Below, piece by piece: positions 59,101 through 64,000 of a DNA stretch of 64,000 nucleotides. Below the pieces are notes generated by a model that saw only the letters and a list, made by a program, of their open reading frames with translations, made no database searches and had not been told where the DNA came from. Position 1 is the stretch's first letter. Each line of letters begins with the position of its first letter. The position numbers and the translations under genes were made by a program. Origin of the DNA: an uncultured Gammaproteobacteria bacterium (GTDB lineage: Bacteria; Patescibacteriota; Patescibacteriia; VMEV01; CAYQCH01); NCBI GenBank assembly GCA_964503955.1, contig CAZDCG010000002.1, positions 269,047 to 333,046 on the forward strand. The letters run 5' to 3'.

Positions 59101-62100
59101 CATTTGTGGGGTGCACGGAAAGACCGCCAAACCACCAGAAGTCCTCATAGTCAGAACCACCGACATATGTCGTAAACAAAACAGTATCGATATCTTCATT
59201 TAGCTTGACGACATACACATCAGCCAAATCCGTGTCAGGAGTTGTATCAAATCCTTGAATCACTCCGGGATACTTGGTGGAGAATGTGTCGCTTGCATAA
59301 CTTGCTCCTCCAATATAGACATTTCCATTCTCATCAACAGCTCCATTTGATGGATAGTCATCCGAATTACCACCGAGATAGGTTGAAACAAGTGCGGTGC
59401 CTGCCGTAGAATCAAGTTTTGTGATAAAAATGATGTGATCCGAGCCGGGGTTCGTTGCCTGGATGGGATTTACCATCGGAAAATTAGTTGAACTGGTCCG
59501 CCCCATCACAACCGGGTTTCCATTCGTGTCAAATCCAATCGCATTGCCAATATCTTGACCAGAACCTCCTAAAAAAGTGCCGTAAGAAATAACCTCTACA
59601 AGATCAACCGTGAATGTGCCCATCGGGGTCCAATCCCCTGTAAGATCCTCATCGTCCCCCTGCGCGCACCATGCATAGGAATTCCCATCCACAAGGGCTC
59701 CACTGACAACGGTTGCATCTGTAAATGCACTCACGACCTGGCTGCTTCCTGAAAAAACGATATTGATATCATTCACGCAGTCTGTGGTTGTACCGCTTGA
59801 AACGCGAACATGGATTAAACCAGAATCCTTTGCGTCGAAGTCGCGGAAATTGGCAACCAGAGAAGGGGTGAGTGAAATTACATTCGCTCCGTTGCTGGGA
59901 GACACCAGAACGGGGGCGGATGGAGCCTCATTCTTTGTACTGGCCTTGATGATGATACCATCCCAACTGCCACCCCGATGAGTTGGCTGGATCACACCGC
60001 TGGTCGCCATCCCTCCGGAGTTGGTGGAACCGACGATATAAGCGACTTCATTATCATCAACAAAAAGTCCGCCACCGCTATCGTATCCATACCCTCCGCT
60101 CATAACATAAAAAGACGAAAAGATCAGATCACCATCAGAGCTCAGCTTTGTCAGAAGAATATCGGTGAATGCACGGGGCTTTGTCCAAATTGCATCAGCC
60201 GTCGTAGGAAAATCATCTGAACTGCTTGCCCCTACTGCGTAAATATTTCCTGATGCATCCAAGGTAACAGCACTAAAACTCTCATCTTCAGCTCCGCCAA
60301 CATACGTCGAGAAAAGCAGGGATCCCGCTCCGCTGCTATTTGTATTAAATTTAGCAATGAAGGCTTCTTGGCCCCCATTATATGTGTTGTCATACGCATT
60401 AACGGTTGGGAATCCCGATACGGTCGTATAGCCAGCAATCACAGCCTCGCCACTATCATTGGCCGCAATTCCGTATGCAAATGAAACCGAGGCCGTGTTC
60501 ACACCGAGGGCGGAAGAATACATTAAAGAAGAACCTGTAGAATCAAAACGAGCAATAAAAGCATCTGATGATGAATTTTCTGTTGCAGCCATGTAACGGC
60601 CTGCGGTGGTTGGAAATGTCGCGTCGCGGGTTTCTCCAGCAATATAAATCGTGTTGCTTGAATCAAGCGCAATGTCATACGCCGCATCAACTCCTTCGCC
60701 ACCCAGATAGGTCGCGAACAAAAGTGCAGATCCTGCCGAATTCATCTTGGCGACAAATACGTCCGAATCACCACCATTATAAGTACTGTCATAAACGCCT
60801 AAAGATATTGGAAAGTTCCCCCAAAGCATATCCTCGCTGGATCCTGTTGAACCCGTGATATAGATGCTGCCAGAATCATCAACGGCAACGGCACGTATTG
60901 TTTCAGGCAAATCGCCACCAAACGCCGTTGAAAAGGATAAAGAATTACCATCGGCAGACAATTTGGTAATGAAGCCGTCAGTGTTCAACGTGTCAGACGG
61001 TGTTGTATCATAAGCGCCTACCGTTGTGGGGAAATCTTGAGAATTCGTCCAGCCGCCAATGATGAGCTCACCGCTATCGAGAAGGACAATATCAAGTGCC
61101 AAATCACTTTTTGCACCCCCCAGATAGGTTGAATAGATGACCGGTGAAGTGGCCGTGGAATTGATTTTGACGACGAAGGCATCTCGGGAACCGCCAAAGG
61201 TTTCGTCATAATGTCCCGCGACAGAAAACCAGTTGGTGGAGTACGTTTCCCCTGCAATGTACGCATTCCCGTCATCATCCACTTGAACAGAATAAGCATA
61301 ATCATTCGCGTTTCCTCCAAGATAGGTGCTGTAGTAGACACGAGGATCAATGACGAGCTCATGAGCAGGGTCATAGCTTCCAAGTTTAAACCCGTAGCTT
61401 AAAATGCCGTTCAGCTGATATTCAACCTCAACAGGCACTTTCTCTCCGTTAATCATCTGATAAGCTTCAGGTTTTTTGATGCCTATATCGCCGAAGTCAG
61501 AAACAAGGGCCAAGGAACCGTCTTCGGCGATCCGTAAACGATCGATTCCTTCAAATGAAACACCGATGGGCGATGGATCAGCGTTGGGCGCGACATGGTA
61601 ATCGAATTTAAGAGCACCGTCTTTGCCTGAGTAGACGAGATCAATCCCTTCGTAGAGCTGATTGTATCGAATCCTTTCGTATGTCGGCACGTTCTTTTGC
61701 CACTTGGTGGGATCATTGCCAAGCAAATAATTTACGACCCCCGGCATCTGCGCTTCGCTTGTAATTTCGGAATTCTTATTCGCACCATTAAATACCTGTT
61801 TAATAGCAAGTGTTTCCACTTTTTCATCATCCCGATTCTCCGGCCTTTTTCGCCGAGGTTCACGCTCTATGTCCTCTTCCTCCTGAGAAATACGTCGCGT
61901 CAAGGCATACATGACATGGTCCGGCGCAAAAAAGATCGTTTGCCCCTGATTTTTGACCAAAAACTTCACTACCTCATCCACCTGTCCTCGATTCTCTTGA
62001 AAACTGAGCGAGAGCCCGCTCAAGAGCTGTTGAACCTGATCATCAGAAACAGGTGCCGCTTGTTTGTCGAAAGTCAGACGTTCACTTTTGTACAGATACC

Positions 62101-62182
62101 CAATCACAAAAACGATAGCCAAAATGACTATCGCCGCCAACCACGCGAAGATGTTTTTTCTGAAAAATCTGTGGGCTTTCAT
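53168..62182 (-). CDS. Giant surface protein 4 (3004 aa). Domain order: signal anchor, ENRGQ domain, SBBP-like repeats, tandem pair of FSAIC modules, SBBP-like repeats, poly-Gly hinge, FN3/DUF11-like mid-region (shared with gene 1), Ig-like, diverged C-terminal anchor
   Basis: The N-terminal 300 aa is about half identical to gene 2 by eye (LSFQENRGQVDEVVKFLV). Internal GGGGGGGGG run. The mid-region (HDRVQYEWGY...DWSNNV...LNNGALQARNVLLTVPLPPYLSY) is homologous to gene 1. The C-terminal TM/CarboxypepD_reg module is roughly 60% identical to the others by eye. Confidence 0.8.
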   Translation of the reverse strand: MKAHRFFRKNIFAWLAAIVILAIVFVIGYLYKSERLTFDKQAAPVSDDQVQQLLSGLSLSFQENRGQVDEVVKFLVKNQGQTIFFAPDHVMYALTRRISQEEEDIEREPRRKRPENRDDEKVETLAIKQVFNGANKNSEITSEAQMPGVVNYLLGNDPTKWQKNVPTYERIRYNQLYEGIDLVYSGKDGALKFDYHVAPNADPSPIGVSFEGIDRLRIAEDGSLALVSDFGDIGIKKPEAYQMINGEKVPVEVEYQLNGILSYGFKLGSYDPAHELVIDPRVYYSTYLGGNANDYAYSVQVDDDGNAYIAGETYSTNWFSVAGHYDETFGGSRDAFVVKINSTATSPVIYSTYLGGAKSDLALDIVLLDSGELIIGGWTNSQDFPTTVGAYDTTPSDTLNTDGFITKLSADGNSLSFSTAFGGDLPETIRAVAVDDSGSIYITGSTGSSEDMLWGNFPISLGVYDSTYNGGDSDVFVAKMNSAGSALLFATYLGGEGVDAAYDIALDSSNTIYIAGETRDATFPTTAGRYMAATENSSSDAFIARFDSTGSSLMYSSALGVNTASVSFAYGIAANDSGEAVIAGYTTVSGFPTVNAYDNTYNGGQEAFIAKFNTNSSGAGSLLFSTYVGGAEDESFSAVTLDASGNIYAVGASSSDDFPTTADAIWTKPRAFTDILLTKLSSDGDLIFSSFYVMSGGYGYDSGGGLFVDDNEVAYIVGSTNSGGMATSGVIQPTHRGGSWDGIIIKASTKNEAPSAPVLVSPSNGANVISLTPSLVANFRDFDAKDSGLIHVRVSSGTTTDCVNDINIVFSGSSQVVSAFTDATVVSGALVDGNSYAWCAQGDDEDLTGDWTPMGTFTVDLVEVISYGTFLGGSGQDIGNAIGFDTNGNPVVMGRTSSTNFPMVNPIQATNPGSDHIIFITKLDSTAGTALVSTYLGGNSDDYPSNGAVDENGNVYIGGASYASDTFSTKYPGVIQGFDTTPDTDLADVYVVKLNEDIDTVLFTTYVGGSDYEDFWWFGGLSVHPTNGRVAITGITYSSDFVLTPNAFDTVGDGPDESYNGDAFITIIDTTQSGAASLVYSSYVGGSGFDESWTTVFDENGHVYVTGDTCSADFVTTAGAFDTTVDDSNCDAFLIRIDPNGTNITSLAYSTMIGGSNGWDYAYGVAMGPDGDVFTCGETNSSDFPTTAGAYATSLSGAGDAFVMKFNTAGNGNADLSYGTLIGDVNNDWCIDLRVHTDGVVYFQGKSNSLAFPTTDGAFSSDPLSLVIVKLHPGSQGADDLIYSTYFGSTGTDNGMGVALDDAGNFYITGNTNDPNFPSTAGVFQSAKSGGADAYFVKLALAPENIAPSAPIDLYSNNDSAQAGASNPAGIADTTPAFSAICRDGNPGDIMNLYQIQVDDQNDFSSTIWDSGALGTAMADCVAGSRSQDIHYGGDPLLLDGTTYYWRIRFWDDEGLVGVWSEDPLSTNAFTMAVPNTSPSEPTDLYVDDTDAQQGSANPTGILHPTPAFSAICNDNVGDTLNKYRIQVDNDNDFSSVLWDSGASGTAMADCASGARSADITYGGTPLADDGATYYWRIKFWDDEGTEGPFSTEEAMFTMGDGYDGFATYFGGNANDQLLGIGLDTSDNIIMIGTTFSADFPADAGLQEDLSGMQDGILAKLSADGSSVLVATYFGGSDHDPVRAGRVDASGNVYIAGATSSADVFATHTPNTSGFDMTYSGNDDVYLAKLNADLDEVLFGTYVGGSGEDEMGWKSMRVDDNGIVYLAGRTTSADLPLTGNAFDSTGDLANNDGFIMKIDTNETGMASLLYSTYVGGSGNDLISGINFDDNGNIYIAGETASADFPALTAGAFDTTVDTVNADGFVLKIDPTGTDVTSLVYGTIVGSDNDYDGAYDVVAESPSGDLFVCGMTYDPAFVTTAGSFDETHNGSGDMFIYQLTLGGNGADDLVYGSFLGGAGDGWCTEMTLDGDTLVFSGSYESGFPVTDNAYQDINAGSFDYVAGRFAPEGNGACDLVYASYFGGSGEEYDQGATYVADTNVLYVAGETTSSDMPVSGGYFSSVAFGGNDGFGFSTEIPSSAGAGCGGGGGGGGGSSIQRIQTQSLSTPTIVSVRTTGHDRVQYEWGYSTTGHSGFYLLDQQQTILEIVNEAQVRTVVESGLPHNTLIEGRRVAAFVGSTRGTSSQTFPSVYTHMTSVTLTQISRVDDRIRVGVTEELNHLTSGQSAVQFELMPADSVSGSAIIASDWIQASTYVFENTDRDQAYYARVRARNYDGVETDWSNNVMISAQEFQAPIELLVDLQVTTADGRSISGPVNPNELLYVKAHILNNGALQARNVLLTVPLPPYLSYIPGSLRVNGVRNSEIPDGDAGQFTQETVAGIWPTLDFGFGHTLSFILAFDTQSMLRDFLDDDSQIDENRLPKEPLRAPVVTREDLFQLLQNISVESGDTSEIREALAAAGPQLQLQAIASEDSTTEPTYSNIVVAEPELNSFVTTEDVVEEPVAPPTKEEVVVIEDILQPDKPSQPTQPSPQVGNTDVTTGPGTFELETQGGTAFLGVSGNAVTNGDGVEFSGTTTEPFTTVTIIINDTVTMIVTSDASGQWRTFVSADDIGLLPGQSRQIRVEAIAAKGELRSEQVVVGLVNVTRLTEDVITTDFTDVDVKTTGFIGAVQQVQQVIEEQQQTIQTSLSVTAPVVLVASAPLWGYLPYVPTLLYHFFTYLIGLLGRKKKQDRRFYGTVYDSITKQPLALAIIRIYNKETNKLVSTQVSDKQGRYEALLEPANYRLEVTKPTYTFPSQIVTSEIGGNYHAYSNEQGIIVQEQDLVIPDVPLDPVNAQRQWQLSSGLKKLWMLLQKVGNYLAVPVLFIGSLASILVVITVPDNWINWLLAIVYVGMLSAQLELRVHAQKAWGVVYDLATNAVLPLATVQLIDPQYGKVVTSRLTDYQGRYSFMPEPGKYVIKANKPGYEQVREVVEAPDDQHHPIPPEIEVQKTNERITGDVPMTSRG

Positions 62183-62244
62183 GCTTGTATTTTATCTAAA
62201 TCATTCCCGATTTGAAAGAACAGATATGCACAGCTTTGAATGCG

Positions 62245-64000
62245 CTATGCCTGCCGTAACCCAAGATCACCCTTGATACTTTCCCCCTCTCTTTCAATGA
62301 TGATTTGCGATGGCAGCGTCTGACGATCTTTTGGAGCTTCTATCGTCTCTGATTGCTGAAATCCTGGTTTTTCCGCCTTCAACACATATTTTCCAGGCTC
62401 AGGAGCGAATCGGAACCGGCCCTGGTAATCGGATAGCCTTGAAGCGACGACTTTGCCGAATGCCGGATCAATCAGCTGAAGATTCACCAGAGGCAAAGGC
62501 GCATTGGTGACGATATCGTAAACAATCCCCCAAGCCTTTTCAGGCTTTTGACGGAGTTTCAGCTGCAACAAGAACATCAGCACGTAAGCGACGGACAAAA
62601 TCCAGTTGATTGGATTCTCAGGGACTGCCGCCACAACAACAACTGACGCAAGCGAACCCACAAAAAGCAATGGAAGCGCGAGGAAATGGCCTGCTTTCTG
62701 CAATGTGAGCCACAATTTCTTTAAGATATTTGCTGTCTGCCACTTCTGTTCCGCATTGATTGGGTCCATTGGCAAGTCCGGAACAATCAATTCAGTTGTT
62801 TGGTCCGTAATCTCAATGCCACCCTGGTAGACATGGTCATACTGTCCGTCTTGTGAGATACCTGACAGAATCGATGACGGGAAAGTATATTCTGGCTTCT
62901 TGACCTCAATGCGGTATGAACCAGGTTCGAGAAGCGCATCATACTTTCCTTGTTTATCCGTCACAAACGTAGAAACGAGACGTTCAGATTCACCATCTTT
63001 CTTGTAGAGACGGATGATTGCCAAGGCGAGCGGATCTTTTGTAATCGCATCATAAGCCACACCAAAGAAGCGCTGCTGGCCTTTCTTGCGTCTTCCAATC
63101 AAGCCGACAAGATATGTAATCGCGTGATACAGCAAGGTTGGCAGGTATGGGAGATACCCCCATAAAGGAGCGGATGAGATGACCACCACGGGAGCGGCAA
63201 CCGTCAATGTTTGCTGGATTTGCTCCTCATTGCGTTCAACCGTTTTCACAAGCTCTTTGACCGCAAGACGAACGGCAGTAAGGGCCTGACTTGATGAGAC
63301 AATAGATGAAAATTCGGCAAGGACAGAACCGTCTGCAGCATGGGAGAGAACAAAATCTCCGACATGGACAATTTCGCTTCGCGTGTCATTGACAGAAGCC
63401 ACGGCATCGATTCTGACCGTTTGATCCATTCCAAGGTCTATGCCAAGCTGTTCAGCGCTGACATAAGTTTGCCAGAACCCTGAGGCATCTGTACGAACAA
63501 TAACAGAAACACCATTATTGAAGATTAATGTCATAACCGTGTCCGGCTGAGATGACCGGCCAATAAACTCAATCTGATCTCCTGTAACACGAGCGGATCC
63601 TGTCACTTCAAAAATCGTTCTACGGCCATTATCGGCCTCGCTCACGGCAATAGCGAAACTCTTTCCGTCGCTTGAGCTTTGTGTTGACACCTCCCGGCCC
63701 TGATCAAGCCCTGCCCCACCATTTCCAATCATTCCCCCTATTTCGCTGGTTTCTTCGCCAATGAGTTGATGAATTCCATCAATTTGGCTTGTTTCATCTG
63801 CCGTTGGCGGCAAAACAGGTTCTTGATCAGCGGGCAGCATCACCGGCGGTTCTGGAGCCACAGGGAACGATGACAGGTCTACAAATAATATTTTTTGGGA
63901 TATCACAACTGACTCGGTCTCCTGCGCGCTAACACTTGCCTGTAAGATGTACGCTGCAATTTCGCTCTCGCCATCCTGCAATTGAGTTTGTTTCAGATCA
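62245..64000 (-). CDS. Giant surface protein 5, 5'-partial (frame open to window end; ORF-track start at 63981 is an in-frame TTG, not the real start). Ig-like + shared C-terminal 3-TM/CarboxypepD_reg anchor
   Basis: The reverse-complement frame stays open through 64000 (...DLKQTQLQDGESEIA...). No signal peptide in the visible part. The C-terminal 470 aa is highly similar to genes 1-3 (e.g. WGIVYDIVTNAPLPLVNLQLIDPAFGKVVASRLSDYQGRFRFAPEPGKYVLKAEKPGF). Confidence 0.75.
   Translation of the reverse strand, partial: DLKQTQLQDGESEIAAYILQASVSAQETESVVISQKILFVDLSSFPVAPEPPVMLPADQEPVLPPTADETSQIDGIHQLIGEETSEIGGMIGNGGAGLDQGREVSTQSSSDGKSFAIAVSEADNGRRTIFEVTGSARVTGDQIEFIGRSSQPDTVMTLIFNNGVSVIVRTDASGFWQTYVSAEQLGIDLGMDQTVRIDAVASVNDTRSEIVHVGDFVLSHAADGSVLAEFSSIVSSSQALTAVRLAVKELVKTVERNEEQIQQTLTVAAPVVVISSAPLWGYLPYLPTLLYHAITYLVGLIGRRKKGQQRFFGVAYDAITKDPLALAIIRLYKKDGESERLVSTFVTDKQGKYDALLEPGSYRIEVKKPEYTFPSSILSGISQDGQYDHVYQGGIEITDQTTELIVPDLPMDPINAEQKWQTANILKKLWLTLQKAGHFLALPLLFVGSLASVVVVAAVPENPINWILSVAYVLMFLLQLKLRQKPEKAWGIVYDIVTNAPLPLVNLQLIDPAFGKVVASRLSDYQGRFRFAPEPGKYVLKAEKPGFQQSETIEAPKDRQTLPSQIIIEREGESIKGDLGLRQA

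Noticed and set aside
62245-63981. Giant gene 5 as a complete 578-aa protein starting at 63981
   Set aside because: The listed start is an in-frame TTG and the frame remains open to the window edge. There is no signal peptide and the protein starts inside an ectodomain, so the gene is 5'-truncated by the window.

Overview
This 64-kb window comes from a compact bacterial genome that is almost entirely coding. All identifiable genes lie on the minus strand except one small membrane-protein gene on the plus strand (7305-7532). The first 28.6 kb is a conserved cell-envelope and housekeeping neighbourhood. It begins with a 3'-partial FtsQ/DivIB-like gene that I found by hand because it is absent from the ORF track. 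This is followed by a FemAB-family peptidyltransferase, a DegT-type aminotransferase, an unusual MurF-like Mur ligase fused to an N-terminal polytopic membrane domain, an alpha/beta hydrolase, serS, a RibL/TagD-like nucleotidyltransferase, lysS, greA, PBP2 with mreD, mreC and mreB, proS, rseP, frr, a BNR-repeat lipoprotein, holB and a second mreB paralog. Next comes a surface-polysaccharide locus with a large membrane-anchored protein, two GT2 glycosyltransferases and a processive QxxRW GT2 synthase, then a cyclophilin lipoprotein and a uvrC lacking the C-terminal HhH domain. The remaining 35.4 kb (28604 to the window end) holds five giant genes in tandem encoding secreted multi-domain proteins of 3018, 2570, 2502 and 3004 aa plus a 5'-truncated fifth copy of more than 585 aa. 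Their ectodomains are built from SBBP-like beta-propeller repeats ([YF]xGGxxxDxxxxIxVDxxGNxYxxGxTxSxDFPxTxGAxD), FG-GAP/VCBS repeats, BNR-like motifs, FN3, Ig-like (Big) and DUF11-like modules, acidic or proline-rich linkers, and a recurring uncharacterised ~130-aa module. All five share one ~470-aa C-terminal anchor: an Ig-like juxtamembrane domain, TM1, a CarboxypepD_reg-like beta-sandwich, TM2-TM3, and a second CarboxypepD_reg-like domain. The paralogs are mosaics: genes 2 and 4 share an N-terminal ENRGQ domain, genes 1 and 4 share a mid-region, and genes 2 and 3 carry a ~1.36-kb ~99% identical direct repeat. That repeat points to recent gene conversion or recombination within the family, which I consider the most interesting and probably undescribed system here. 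No rRNA, tRNA, CRISPR or transposase was seen. Organism placement is inference only, but the gene content (FemAB, two MreB, giant surface proteins) is compatible with an uncultivated Gram-positive-like, CPR- or Omnitrophota-like lineage. All product calls rest on motif recognition by eye and need HMM or structure searches to confirm.
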